From Podarcis bocagei (taxonomy: Eukaryota), in NCBI GenBank assembly GCA_964188305.1, contig OZ076886.1: a stretch of 64,000 nucleotides of DNA. One strand, given 5' to 3'. A program made the translations under genes and the position numbers. The notes under the pieces are model-generated. The model had not been told where the DNA came from, searched no databases, and saw only the letters and a list, made by a program, of their open reading frames with translations. Position 1 is the first letter of the stretch. The number at the start of each line of letters is the position of its first letter. Positions 24,085-36,163 of the stretch are shown in pieces.

Positions 24085-24840
24085 CATCCCATGAAACTGA
24101 ATGTTTGGAATATTCAGGACAGATTGAAATATACTTCTCCATACATCACATAGTTAAACTCTGGAATTTGTTCCCATAGGATATAGAGACTTAAGGTAAA
24201 GGTAAAGGTACCCCTGCCCGTACGGGCCAATCATGTCCGACTCTAGGATTGTGCGCCCATCTCACTTAAGAGGCCGGGGGCCAGCGCTGTCCGAAGACAC
24301 TTCTGGGTCACGTGGCCAGCGTGACGAAGCTGCAGCTGGCGAGCCAGCACCAGTGCAGCACACGGAAACACCATTTACCTTCCCGCTATAAAGCGGTACC
24401 TATTTATCTACTTGCACTTAGGGGTGCTTTCGAACTGCTAGGTGGGCAGGAGCTGGGACCGAACGACAGGAGCTCACCCCACCGCGGGGATTCGAACCGC
24501 CAACCATACAATCGGCAAGTCCTAGGCACTGAGGTTTTACCCACAGCGCCACCCGCGTCCCTCTATCCCATAGGATATAGGGACTTAGAGAGCTTTAAAA
24601 GAGGACTAGACAAATTCATGGAGAATAAGGCTATTGATTGCAACTGGCCACAGTGGTGAAGTTCTACTTCCACTGTCAAAGCCAGGATCCCCCTGAATAC
24701 CAATTTGCTAGGAATCACCATTGGAGAGAATGCTGCCTTCTGCTGTGGGCTTCCCCCTCGGTTGGCTATTGTGAGAACAGGATGCTGGACCAGATGGGCC
24801 TGTTTCTCGATCCAGCAGGGCTCCTGCTGTGTTCTTGTGT
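24085..24840 (+). mobile_element. Old CR1 3' fragment interrupted by a Sauria SINE
   Basis: GHPMKL-like ggccatcccatgaaactgaat, FKRGLDKFME and a CR1 3' UTR ending ctgtgttctt. Confidence 0.7.
24194..24561 (-). mobile_element. Full-length Sauria SINE
   Basis: Minus-strand head gggacgcgggtggcgctgtggg, B-box ggttcgaatcc, (ACCTTT)n tail; 22-bp TSD tcccataggatatag(a/g)gactta at 24172-24193 and 24566-24587. Confidence 0.92.
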
Positions 24841-27040
24841 ACCTTACAAAGCAGAGTTAGGTGGAAGCGTATAGCAGTATCTCTTTACTCAAGAGCTCAG
24901 TCTGTATTCCGAATAAAGTATTTGTACAGATCTGCTGAACTGTGTACAGAAAAGCTTGTGCAAGTGCAATATATGAGAAGATAAAAGGACATAAGCTGAA
25001 GTGAACAGGAAAGAAAATTCTAAAGGTGGATTTTTGCTCCAGAATTGCGCATTTAACTCCTTAGTTACTACACTGCTTATTAAATTTTACTACTGCAATA
25101 GTAATAAACAGTAGGTAGTACAGAAAATTGTGTAACTCAGTACTGTCCAGGCCATATTCTAGGCCCCAAAAAGTGGAATACAGAGTATGCCTAATATGTG
25201 CTGTTCAGACCACTATAATTTATGCATATGTAACTAAGTACTAGAATATAGTACTAGAATATAGTCACAGATTGCAATCCAGCTAGACACTGGACTATTC
25301 ATGCAGAGGGACTTCGTTTTTTCTTCTTTTCCTTAACAGCTGCCCTCTTGTCACATTGTGAGCAGCTCTTGAACTTTCCCTCCTTACCTTCACCAGAGTA
25401 GCCTGAAATGCTGTGCCTGCGCAGTGTGGGTGGGATCTGCAATTCTGAAAAAGCTCTACTTTGTGCCTTCAAAACTGTGCCCATAAATAAATAAAAATGA
25501 AGAACAGCTCATGAGTCCCATTGTTCCCACTTTGGAGACTAGCAAACCCCCATAAATATATATTGCTTTCCTTGCTTGCTCTACAATTCATGCTCTGTTC
25601 AAACGACACTCCCCAGGCTCTTAATGTGTATGTAATACATGTCTATAACTACAGTAAAAAAAAGTAACATCTATTAAATTCCAGAGAGTACAGAACAGCA
25701 GTGACAGAAAGATAAATGTCTCCTGTGACACTTAGTAATGAAGGGGAGGAAGAATCATGGTACTTCTAAACCTCCCTCTTTACATCACCATGGGCTGAGT
25801 CTTCCCTCTATATAGCAGTAATTTCAGTTGAATGCTGTGAATTACAAGCAGGGCCTAAACTATGCTGCAGGGCTCAATGTGGATAATACTTTTCCCTTTT
25901 ATATGTAATTTAAAAACAAACCAGACAACCGGGCTAACAGATGACAACTTCCCACGTCTTCAGCTTCTTTCTAGCCAACAGTGTAGCTTAATTACAATCC
26001 TTAATAGCAAACATAAAATAACCACATGGTTTTCATCTTGAGGAGGGAACAGACATGTTCAACAGCAAACCATGAGAATAAATGTGCATGGACCATGGTA
26101 ATCACTTTTTACATATGCACCAGATTCTCATGAGCTTCTTCAGATTCAGCTGCAACCTCAAAGTTCTCCAGCTACAGACGGGGGAAATCAACTCTTGCAC
26201 ATTGCTAAGGAAAGTCTAGTGGGAAAGCTCAATGTACTTCTGGTATAGCTAAAACAATGAAGCAGAGTGCTTGGCACAAAGCATATTGGTAGTTCTTGTT
26301 TGAGAATCTCAGGGTTATTGTAAACAGACTTGAGGGTGGGGGTGGGGAGATCTGGACAATTCTAGTGGGAAAATGAAAATGACATCTGATATCAATGGCT
26401 GATCATGGGGTGAGTATGTCTTATCAACAGGGATGAGCCATAATGGTTTAAATGGAATCTCCATATTAAGAGTTTATATATACAGGACCTATAAATACAA
26501 GTGCTGGGGACAATCAACGAGGAAAGCCTTTTGCCTTTATGCCCTCCTTATCAGAAGCATCTTGAAAAGGATACCGCTGGAAAATCCTACCCACTACATA
26601 CCTGAGGAAGCACTAGAACCCATACAACCCATTTATTGCAGTGGAAAGAAGAGTCACTCAAATTTACGTATTTTCTTTACTTGCACAGGATGCCATGATG
26701 AATATAGATTTGATTTTATATATCTGGAGAGCCTTTTGATTTTAAACTTCAGCATCAATAGTCTGGCCTTATGCATCCTGCAACTGACTTCTTAGTGCAT
26801 AATTTCCCAAGTGTATATGCTACTGAACTACCAGCTGCTTTCCATAAAAAAGAACATTTTAACAACTGCATCTGCCAGTCTACCTGTGGACAGTAAGCAT
26901 ACGGACTACTTCTAAACTTTGCTACAGCCGTTATTTATTATGCCGTGATTCGAGAATTCTTTGGGTTATATTCTTTTAATCTGAATGCATTTCTCCCTTA
27001 TGTCTTACTTCATGCTGTCAGAGCTCTGGAGTTTGGTATA

Positions 27041-27349
27041 CAGTGGTGCCCCGCAAGACGAATGCCTCGCAAGACGGAAAACTCGCTAGACGAAAGAGTT
27101 TTCCGTTTTGGAGGTGCTTCGCAAAATGAATCTCCTATGGGCTTGCTTCGCAAGACGAAAATGTCTTGCGAGTTCCTGCGGGTTTTTTTTCCTCCCCCCC
27201 TTTTTCTAAGCCGCTAAGCCGCTTATCAGCTGATCCGATAAGCCGCTAAAAGCCGCTAATCCGTCAATGGGCTTGCTTCGCAAGACGAAAAAACCGCTAG
27301 ACGAAGAGAATCACAGAACGGATTCTTTTCGTCTTGCGAGGCACCACTG
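27041..27349. mobile_element. Tc1/mariner-type MITE (cagtggtgcc family)
   Basis: TIRs cagtggtgcc(c/t)cgcaagacga, TA TSD, internal gcaagacg and aagccgct subrepeats. Confidence 0.9.
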
Positions 27350-27476
27350 TATAAACTTTCCCATCTGGAACTTGTAAGCTTTTTCTCAACAGTGACTGAT
27401 ATTTTATAGAAACTAGTATAGAATGTATTTTCTGCTGGCTTCCAAACTCCATCCAAATATAATTGCAACACTCAAG

Positions 27477-27505
27477 TATTGCTATTGCTATTGCTATTGC
27501 TATTG
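27477..27505. repeat. (TATTGC)n microsatellite
   Basis: About 4.8 perfect units. Confidence 0.9.
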
Positions 27506-29026
27506 TTCAGTTAATTGGTACATCTTCTTTTTCTTATTCAGGAGCATATATCTCCTGCAGTGGGAAAGGGGAAAGGGAGGCATGCTGCTTCCTTGCACAG
27601 TTATTGTATTTTTAGAGTCTTAGAAGATCTCTACCAAATTAGACAAAAATGAAGGTTCCATCCAAGTTTGAATTTAGAAACCCAAAAGATGGAAACAATG
27701 GCAGGCAACCAGGCTGCCCCTTGTTCCTCCACTCTTGTTTCTAGAGTAGCCAGTTGAAAAAGAGGACAGGGTTCCCAGAGCTTTCAAATGGGAAGTCTAG
27801 GTTCTAAGAACAATGAAGCAGCAATTGCTCACACAGTTCTTGACACACACATTAGATGCAAGTGTGGACCACCTGGGTGATGCTCATGAACCACTGGTGA
27901 TCTGAGGACCACACTTTGAGAATCCCTGTTCCAGATTGTCAGGATGTCGATCATCATCAAGCATCACTTTCATTTCCTAAAAGTCTTCTCTATGCACACC
28001 TTTGCAAATAAATACTAGATCTCAGCAACTTGGATCCAGTCTGATATGGGATAACATGAAGAAATGTACCATGAACCAGCAGGATGTCAGCACACTTTGA
28101 AGCCATTTAAACATTACAATGGCTTCCTACAATCTTGGAAATGGCTTCACAGAGTAACTGTACACCACCAATTCAACTGAAATTCCCCAGCATGACTCCA
28201 GGCATTTTCATGCCCAAGAACAACCACAAAAATGACTGTGTGAAGTAACCATTTACAAGATTTCACAATATATTATGTGTTTGGTATATTTGCACTGCCC
28301 CCAGTAACTCTTCAGCTCCTAATGCTCCAGAATACACAATCCATTATGTGAGCCAATGTGTTATTCAGACCATGAGTTTTGTGCCCCAGTGGATTCTCTC
28401 AGTACGGTGAAATTATTGACATTTTTCTACTGGACAGGAAATCATAATTCTGTTAATAGCTAAGTGGCCTGCAGTTCCTGAATTATAGTCCCTGCTCTCT
28501 CTTTAATAAGAGAACTATTGATTCTCATTCTTTGCGTGGAAAAGCATGCCAATAAACACAGCCCAAGTCTCTTTGCTTGCTATATAGCATATCAATTACA
28601 CATATATGGAACACAGAGTGTTTGTATTCATGCTACATTCTACAAAATTACTAAATGTGGTCAAAGTATGTTTCTTAATTATATATGTGTGTGTGTAGAC
28701 ACATACACACACAGTTGTAAAAGAGTTATTTTTTAAAAGGACACATTGCTCAACACAAAGCTCAACAACTTTCCTTTAAAAAGCTCAACAACTTTTTGTG
28801 TCTGGATTTTTACTTCTTAAAATATAAAAACCCTATATATATATCCCATCTTTCATCCCTGAACCCCAGGGCAGGCTACAAGTCAAATAGTCAACAAAAT
28901 TGTCTCTTAAAAAAGAATCCATGTAGTCTATACCAAACTTACTCTATGTTCCTACTCTCTATTCTTTCTAACACATCTATAGTCCTACAATCCTAAACCC
29001 TAAATAGAGACCAGTGCAGGGATTTA

Positions 29027-29192
29027 CCGTATTTTTCCATCTATAAGACTCCCCCGTGTATAAGACACCCCCTATTTTGGGGAACTCGGATTTCAGAAAA
29101 TGGCCTCGGCACTACCCGTGTATAAGACGCCCCCTAATTTTTGACATAATTTATTAGGAAAAAAGCCTAGTCTTATACACGGGAAAATACGG
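29027..29192. mobile_element. pogo/Tigger-like MITE
   Basis: TIRs ccgtattttt.../...aaaatacgg with TA TSD and tataagac subterminal repeats. Confidence 0.85.
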
Positions 29193-30862
29193 TATATAGG
29201 ATTGTCCTACCTAATGGGAAGTAAATGCCTTTGAATTCAAACTGCATTTAATTCTTGGCAAACTTTCTTTAAATTGCACTGTTAATCACCTTTCCCTACA
29301 CCTCAGTTTTTTATGCATGCAACATCAGAGCCACCACCTTCCAATGATGCATTTAAAGTAGTCCGACATGATTAGGATTACTGTCATTTTAGTGCTTTAG
29401 ATTACAATATATCAACTGGCAGTAAGATTATCTGGAGATGTCTGCACCAGAAGAACACACCTCAACCACCTTTCCCCTGACTTGGTTGATAACAGGACAT
29501 TAATCTTTATTAAAAGAGAGGCTCTTAAAAATTGTAGGCTACGCTACCTTTGCATATACACACTTTTTATATAAAAAGAAAAGAAGCTTTGCTCTTAATA
29601 AAAAGAAAGCAGCTCCTACACGTAAATGCCCCCCCCCCATCCTGTCCTACTTGTTAATTCCTTATGCTGTAGTCAGGGCACTCTTCAAGTAATTTCTCAG
29701 ATCACAAATCATTTTGGGAAAACACACTGCTCAACTACCAGGTTTTCATAAACCACCCCACACAACCCTTAACACATAAAATTTACAGAACAATTTTAAA
29801 CAAATGTCACATTGGAGAGATGATTGTCCTTCCAAACAGCAGCTACATCAATACAAGATTATAATGGCAAGAGGTCTGATCTGCTGGTCGATGTAAGACC
29901 TGAGCGGTATGCTAAAACTCTGACCAATATTGGCTATGTCTGATAAGTGATGAGTGTCTGGGGATGTTATGGTTCTGACTACTGATGCTGTGCCCTGACA
30001 AAGGTATTTTCGAGCTGGTTCAAGGTCCTCAAGTGGCAGATAGATTGACACTATCAGACTTGCCAATAACAGATTATTCAAAAGAAAAACAAATGAGTTC
30101 AGATTTGTGACCTTTTCTTCTAAATAAACCAGAAGCCTCCAGGATCTGGCCTATGCCCCCAACCAAGTTAATTTGTTTCTCAGGAATTCATGGAATGTGT
30201 GAGTAGTATGAGACTGGTAATTATCCTGCATTTACCTTGACTCCATTTAGAAACAGATTGCCTTACACAAGGACAAAGAAAGACCCAAACTAACAAAACG
30301 GGGAGCTAAAATGGCATTTCTACAGATTTATATGCCAAATGATATTGGAGTGCGATTGATTTTTCAATCAGAAATGACTGAGTAGTTCACTGAGCTACTC
30401 CTCAGAACGCAAGGCTTTCCAAAATGCAAAAGGCAATACAAAATTGTCCAAAGCAAAGGGTACAGTGCAAAGAACAGAAATGTTAACAAATGTGTTTCAG
30501 TCTTAGGTATCTACTGTGAAAACCACAGCCTTGTACTTAACTCTCTCCTCCTACTCTGCCATGTCTAGCAGTGCTTATCCACATCATAAATGCACAGCGT
30601 ATTTCCCAAGCAATACCCCACAATATTGGCTGATGACAATGGAGGCTGCTGTGTCATCAGAACACAAGTAAGAACAGAGTAGGAATGGTGAGCTAGATCA
30701 GTAACTGCTGTTATTGGCAGTAAAACTATCTCATTTGGGCCTCAGTAAAGTTGAAATTAAAAATATAAAAATTGCTTAGTTGGATCAGATCCTTTCCTCC
30801 TAAAATGCCCTGATCATTTTAGTTTCATTTCTGTACTCTTTAAAGTTCTTTGGTATCCTTTT

Positions 30863-31185
30863 CAGGGGTGTAGGAAGGGGGGTACGGGGAGTGCAGTCCA
30901 TCCTGGGTGTCATCCTTGAGGGGGGATGACAAAATAGCACACCACAGGGGGATTATCACGGGGCCTGGCCTGCAGCGCGACCAAGCCACACGTCTCTCCT
31001 GGGAGTGACGTGGTGGCTTGGGCCCCATGCCGCCAGAAACGGCAGCGTGTGGCTTGCGTCCACCAGGCGGACTCTGTGAGTGGATTGCCACACCAACCCC
31101 ATGGGCAGATCACCGTGACGCCCCCGTGGGCAGATCGCCCTGCCCCCCGCAGCTACAGGTGCCGGAGCAGCTAGCTACGCCCCTG
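30863..31185. mobile_element. hAT non-autonomous element
   Basis: TIRs caggggtgtag/ctacgcccctg; 8-bp TSD atcctttt/atcctgtt (1 mismatch). Confidence 0.8.
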
Positions 31186-31211
31186 ATCCTGTTGCTTTTT
31201 GAGATTGAATG

Positions 31212-31476
31212 TGTTATGTAGTGTAGTTTCACCCTGGGCCAACAGGGGAATACTGTATATAGTTTTCACTCAGGTCTGTAGATAGTTTTCACTCAGGTCC
31301 GCGGCAGTTAGTTTAGGCGGGAACTCTGAGCTGTGTGGTTACAATGTTGACAGCCGGCTGCCTATAAATACAGGCCAGCTGAGCTGTTCGCAGTCAGTTC
31401 TATTCCAGCTTATCTTAATAAAGAGCTACTTGAAGAAATCGCTGTGCCGGCTGCTATGTCAACCCACTACTTAATA
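31212..31476 (+). repeat. 5' LTR
   Basis: TG...TA ends, 23-bp internal tandem ctgta(t/g)atagttttcactcaggt, TATAAATA at 31363-31370, AATAAA at 31417-31422; 264/265 identical to the 3' LTR. Confidence 0.97.
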
Positions 31477-31477
31477 C

Positions 31478-31495
31478 TGGCGACGAGGATGGGAT
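31478..31495 (+). promoter_or_regulatory. Primer-binding site, tRNA-Ser(GCT)
   Basis: TGGCGACGAGGATGGGAT is the reverse complement of the vertebrate tRNA-Ser(GCT) 3' end ATCCCATCCTCGTCGCCA (tRNA sequence recalled, not searched). Confidence 0.88.
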
Positions 31496-31538
31496 AGGAT
31501 GGACATCAGAGCACAGCCAGATGCGGCCAGCCTCTGAA

Positions 31539-31592
31539 CTGAGCTAAATCACAGAGCGAAATCACTGAGCGAAATCACTGAGCGAAATCACT
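31539..31592 (+). repeat. 13-bp tandem repeat (ctgagcgaaatca) x4 in the Gypsy 5' leader
   Basis: ctgagctaaatca cagagcgaaatca ctgagcgaaatca ctgagcgaaatca. Confidence 0.85.
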
Positions 31593-31672
31593 GGGCAGAA
31601 CCAATTCAGAGCTGACTGTTCTGGCTAGAGCACTGTGTTCCATCCATCGCCCTTCACGCCGGCATCGGAATC

Positions 31673-34600
31673 ATGGCTTCATTTGTGCCTCTACCGCCGT
31701 TTGCGCCAGCCTCTGAGTCATGGGACTCCTACCTCGCTCGGTTCGACTGCTACCTCCAAGCCAACGAGCTGACAGCAGTATCAGTGGATCAGAAGCGGGG
31801 CCTATTCCTCAGCCTCTGTGGGCCTGAGGTGTTTGAGACGGCCCAAGCATTGGTTGCGCCGGAAGCAGTCCAGGCAACACCATGGGACACGATCCAAGAG
31901 AAGCTCCGCAACCACTACGCACCAAAGCCGTCCAAGATTGCTGCCCGCCATGCGTTCTACCACCGGAACCAGGCAGAGGGGGAGTCAATCAACAACTACG
32001 CCACCGCCCTGCGACAGGCTGCAATGCACTGTGAGTTCCGAGACTTAGACGATGCCCTGATGGATCGAATCGTCTGCGGGGTCCGGGACATCCATCTGCA
32101 ACGGCGTCTCCTAGCCAAGCCAGACCTCACGCTACAGAAAGCCATTGAGGAGGCTGTGGCCTCAGAAGCTGCTGAACGCTCCGCCCAGGAGATCCGCAAG
32201 TCCAGCAGCCCGCGTCTTGCTAGGGGGCCAGTTCCGGTGCATCATGAAGAGGCCAGCAGTGACGAGGCATCCTCCAGTGAAGACGATGACGTGCACCAGA
32301 CAAAGCGGGAGCGCAGGAAGCTCCAACAGAAGTCCAAGGGCCAACCGGAATGTGCTGGCTGCGGAGGCGACCATTCCCGTGCCAAGTGTCGATTCAGAGA
32401 CGCCATCTGTAGGAGGTGTTCCAGAAGGGGCCACATCGCTAAGGTCTGCCGATCAGCTCCGTCTGACACCCCCCCTTCATCGACTCGCAAGTTCAAGTCT
32501 TCACTCCAGTCTGCCAAGGAAAGTTGTTTCGCTCTCACCAACTGCCGCTGCCCGTCTGGAACCACGATTGGCCAAACCGACTCATCTACGCGACGCAAGC
32601 TGAACGTCACGGTGCTCATTGAAGGAGCTCCATGTGACATGGAGATCGACACCGGGTCTGCCCTGTCCGTCGTGTCATGGAGCACCATCAAAAGACTGGT
32701 ACCCAGAGTATCCAAAAGGCAACTCGACTCTCACCGCGTACACCTGAGAGACTACCAGGGAAACGACATTCCCGTGGTAGGCGTTGGCCGGTTCCGGATC
32801 GCCTTCCAGGATTTTTCGGGCCTGCTCCGGTTGGTGGTGGTCGAAGGTCAGCGGCCAAGCCTCCTAGGGCTAGACTGGTTTGATGCCCTCGGCCTGGAAG
32901 TCACCGGCATCAACTGCATCTCTAACGCAGAGACTGAGGGTCTGGTCAAAGACTTTGCCGAGGTTTTTGACGGCACCTTGGGACAATATACTGGTACGCC
33001 CATCTCCTTTAGCCTTGATCCACAAGTCGCCCCCATCAAGCTTAAGCCACGCCGGGTTCCCTTTGCTCTCAAGGCTAAGGTGGACGAACAACTGGACAAA
33101 CTGATCGCCCAAGGAGTTTTGGAGCCCGTTGACCACGCAAAGTGGGAAACCCCCATCGTCATGCCTGTCAAGCCAGATGGGTCGGTGAGAATCTGCGCTG
33201 ACTACAAGTGCACAATCAACAAGGCACTTCAGCAGCACGCTTATCCGGTTCCTGTTGTCCAACACCTGCTGCATTCCCTGGGTGAGGGTAAGGTCTTCGC
33301 CAAGCTGGACCTTGCCCAAGCCTATCAACAACTGCCAGTCGATGATGCCACTGCTGAAGCCCAGACGATCGTCACCCAACGGGGGGCATTCCGTTGCCGC
33401 CGGTTGCAGTTCGGGGTGAGTGTGGCTCCTGGCATCTTCCAAAGCCTTATGGAGCGTCTCCTGCAAGGGCTTCCGGGCGTGGTACCATATTTTGATGACG
33501 TCTTGGTGTCTGCAGAATCACACCAGCAGCTGTTCGAGCGCCTCCGTGCCGTGCTGACCAGGTTCCAGGAGGCCGGGCTCAAGGTAAAGAGGGAGAAGTG
33601 CCTGATTGCCGTTCCACAGGTAGAGTTCCTGGGCTATCTTATCGATGCCTCCGGCCTTCATCCAACCACATCCAAGATCCGCACTATCCAGCAGGCCCCC
33701 ACCCCAAAGGACAAAACGGAGTTGCAGGCATTCCTGGGGCTGCTGAACTTTTATAACATGTTCCTGCCCCACAAAGCCACTGTGGCAGAGCCTCTTCACC
33801 GACTCCTTAGCACTAAGACGCCTTGGGCCTGGGGTCATCGAGAGACGGCGGCCTTCAACGCAGTCAAGGCTCTCCTTTCTTCAGACAGTGTACTGGTACA
33901 GTACAGTGAATCCAGGCCGCTGGTCCTTGCCTGCGACGCCTCACCTTTTGGCATCGGTGCTGTCCTTAGTCACCGTTTCCCAGATGGAAGAGAAGCACCG
34001 CTCGCCTACTTTTCCAGGACACTATCTCCGACGGAACGGAATTACAGCCAGCCCGACAAGGAGGCATTGGCACTTGTGGCTGGAGTGAAGAGGTTCCATG
34101 AATACCTCTATGGCAGGACTTTTGACCTCATCACTGACCACAAGCCACTCCTGGGCCTCCTCGCCGGTGATCGTCCGACTCCACCGGTCCTCTCACCGCG
34201 CATGCTGCGATGGACTGTTTTCCTGGCTGCCTACCACTATCGGCTCATCCATCGCCCGGGGAAATCGATGGGCCATGCCGACGCCCTCAGCCGTTGCCCT
34301 CTTCCAGCATTTGTGGAAGACCCGGCTCCAGCTTCATCGCTCCTTCTGATTGAGGATCTTCTGGCAGCGCCTGTATCGGCTGCCACTGTGGCCTCCGCGT
34401 CTGCCCAGGATCGCACCATCAGCCGGGTGCTCAACTGGGTGTGGAGGGGGTGGCCACAAGGGCCTTTTGCATCGGAGTTCCAGCCCTTCGCAACCAGACA
34501 ACATGAACTCTCAGCTCATCGCGGCTGTCTGCTGTGGGGAGACCGCGTCCTGATTCCCCAGGGACTCCGTCAGCGCGTCCTGGAGGCTCTGCACGTTGGC

Positions 34601-35785
34601 CACCCGGGAATTGTCAAAATGAAGGCGTTGGCTCGGTGTTACGTCTGGTGGCCTAATATGGACGATGCCATCACTGCCTGGGTATCCGCCTGTCAAGCGT
34701 GCCAAGAGTCGAGGCCTGCACCACCGGCAGCTAAGGGACACACCTGGGAGACGCCAAAGACACCCTGGTCGAGGGTACACATCAATCTGGCTGGCCCTCT
34801 TCACGGCCGGACCTTTATGGTAGTGGTGGACGCCTATTCCAAATGGCTGGAGGTCGCCCTGATGCCCTCCACCACTACCGAAGCTGTCATCCGGGTGCTG
34901 CGAGGCCTGTTTGCAACGCATGGGTGTCCTGATGTCCTTGTCTCTGACAACGGACCGCAGTTCACGCCAGGCACGTTTGAGCGGTATCTTTTGGGACTGG
35001 GCATCCGCCATGCCCTAACGGCACCTTTTCATCCATCCAGCAACGGGCAAGCGGAAAGAATGGTGCGCTCGACAAAAGAGGCACTGGCGCGCCTGGACCG
35101 GGGAGACTGGCATGAGCGGGTCGCCGAATACTTGTTCGTGCAGCACATCACTCCTCATGCGGCCACAGGGAGGAGTCCTGCTGAACTGCTTATGGGCCGC
35201 CGCCTCAGGTCACCGCTCGACCGGCTACACCCAGACTTTGCCGTGGCTGAACCCCCAGGCTGTGCCAACGCACCACGGTCATTTGTCCCAGGAAACCAGG
35301 TCTTTGCCCGGAACTATGTGGGGGACATCCCTTGGGTGCCAGCCACAGTAGTGGGAGTCACTGGACCTCACTCGTACCAGGTGGCACTCGAAGACGGACG
35401 TTTGTGGCGACGGCACATAGATCAGCTTAGGCGCAGGGTTGGCGACTTAGACACTACCGAGGTGCCCCCAACTGCGCTTGCGGCTCCAGAAGAGACACGT
35501 ACAGATGGCGAGGCCCCACCTACACCTCCCTCGCAAACTGCCAGCGTGGAGCCGAACCAAGCCGTCTCAGAACAGACTCAGACCACTCCACTTGCGGAGG
35601 CTCCACCCACAGCAGCGGATCCAGGGGAGTTGGTTCCAACGCCACCTAGGGTCGCACCACAGCCTCAGCGAGAACTGTGTGGCCCTCCGGACTTGGCTAC
35701 CAGTCCCCGGCGGTCTGGCAGAGTTTCCAAGCGCCCAACTCATTTAAAGGACTACGTTGTTGGACAGGTATCACTCTTGGTCTAA
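31673..35785 (+). CDS. Gag-Pol polyprotein, 1370 aa (two CCHC knuckles, aspartic protease, RT, RNase H, integrase with first catalytic Asp changed to Asn)
   Basis: CAGCGGDHSRAKC and CRRCSRRGHIAKVC; IDTGS; YFDD; CDAS/DKEALA/TDHKPL/ADALSR; integrase zinc region HVGHPG...CQAC, HINLAGP, SDNG, NGQAER; C-terminal RRSGR...LKDYV. Confidence 0.97.
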   Translation: MASFVPLPPFAPASESWDSYLARFDCYLQANELTAVSVDQKRGLFLSLCGPEVFETAQALVAPEAVQATPWDTIQEKLRNHYAPKPSKIAARHAFYHRNQAEGESINNYATALRQAAMHCEFRDLDDALMDRIVCGVRDIHLQRRLLAKPDLTLQKAIEEAVASEAAERSAQEIRKSSSPRLARGPVPVHHEEASSDEASSSEDDDVHQTKRERRKLQQKSKGQPECAGCGGDHSRAKCRFRDAICRRCSRRGHIAKVCRSAPSDTPPSSTRKFKSSLQSAKESCFALTNCRCPSGTTIGQTDSSTRRKLNVTVLIEGAPCDMEIDTGSALSVVSWSTIKRLVPRVSKRQLDSHRVHLRDYQGNDIPVVGVGRFRIAFQDFSGLLRLVVVEGQRPSLLGLDWFDALGLEVTGINCISNAETEGLVKDFAEVFDGTLGQYTGTPISFSLDPQVAPIKLKPRRVPFALKAKVDEQLDKLIAQGVLEPVDHAKWETPIVMPVKPDGSVRICADYKCTINKALQQHAYPVPVVQHLLHSLGEGKVFAKLDLAQAYQQLPVDDATAEAQTIVTQRGAFRCRRLQFGVSVAPGIFQSLMERLLQGLPGVVPYFDDVLVSAESHQQLFERLRAVLTRFQEAGLKVKREKCLIAVPQVEFLGYLIDASGLHPTTSKIRTIQQAPTPKDKTELQAFLGLLNFYNMFLPHKATVAEPLHRLLSTKTPWAWGHRETAAFNAVKALLSSDSVLVQYSESRPLVLACDASPFGIGAVLSHRFPDGREAPLAYFSRTLSPTERNYSQPDKEALALVAGVKRFHEYLYGRTFDLITDHKPLLGLLAGDRPTPPVLSPRMLRWTVFLAAYHYRLIHRPGKSMGHADALSRCPLPAFVEDPAPASSLLLIEDLLAAPVSAATVASASAQDRTISRVLNWVWRGWPQGPFASEFQPFATRQHELSAHRGCLLWGDRVLIPQGLRQRVLEALHVGHPGIVKMKALARCYVWWPNMDDAITAWVSACQACQESRPAPPAAKGHTWETPKTPWSRVHINLAGPLHGRTFMVVVDAYSKWLEVALMPSTTTEAVIRVLRGLFATHGCPDVLVSDNGPQFTPGTFERYLLGLGIRHALTAPFHPSSNGQAERMVRSTKEALARLDRGDWHERVAEYLFVQHITPHAATGRSPAELLMGRRLRSPLDRLHPDFAVAEPPGCANAPRSFVPGNQVFARNYVGDIPWVPATVVGVTGPHSYQVALEDGRLWRRHIDQLRRRVGDLDTTEVPPTALAAPEETRTDGEAPPTPPSQTASVEPNQAVSEQTQTTPLAEAPPTAADPGELVPTPPRVAPQPQRELCGPPDLATSPRRSGRVSKRPTHLKDYVVGQVSLLV

Positions 35786-35886
35786 GTAGGGGAAATGTAA
35801 CCGATATGCTTTTGTGCCTAATTGAACCATTACGCGTAGTGCTGTATATAAGGAAACCATTACGATTGTAACTAACGCCTTATCTC

Positions 35887-35898
35887 GGTGGGGAGGGG
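35887..35898 (+). promoter_or_regulatory. Polypurine tract
   Basis: ggtggggagggg abuts the 3' LTR. Confidence 0.85.
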
Positions 35899-36163
35899 TG
35901 TTATGTAGTGTAGTTTCACCCTGGGCCAACAGGGGAATACTGTATATAGTTTTCACTCAGGTCTGTAGATAGTTTTCACTCAGGTCCGCGGCAGTTAGTT
36001 TAGGCGGGAACTCTGAGCTGTGTGGTTACAATGTTGACAGCCGGCTGCCTATAAATACAGGCCGGCTGAGCTGTTCGCAGTCAGTTCTATTCCAGCTTAT
36101 CTTAATAAAGAGCTACTTGAAGAAATCGCTGTGCCGGCTGCTATGTCAACCCACTACTTAATA
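35899..36163 (+). repeat. 3' LTR
   Basis: Copy of 31212-31476 with a single A/G difference (ggccagct vs ggccggct). Confidence 0.97.

Larger units (their letters stand above)
31212..36163 (+). mobile_element. Full-length young Ty3/Gypsy LTR retrotransposon (Mag-like clade)
   Basis: Two 265-bp LTRs, 5-bp TSD GAATG (31207-31211, 36164-36168), PBS, PPT and a single gag-pol ORF in PR-RT-RH-IN order. Confidence 0.98.

Noticed and set aside
32162-35011. Antisense and alternate-frame ORFs of 100-198 aa within the Gypsy element
   Set aside because: Expected shadows of a GC-rich long ORF; no motifs
35400-35890. env-like gene or chromodomain after integrase
   Set aside because: Only a Pro/Thr/Ala-rich integrase tail and a ~110-bp spacer to the 3' LTR; no signal peptide, transmembrane segment or chromodomain residues
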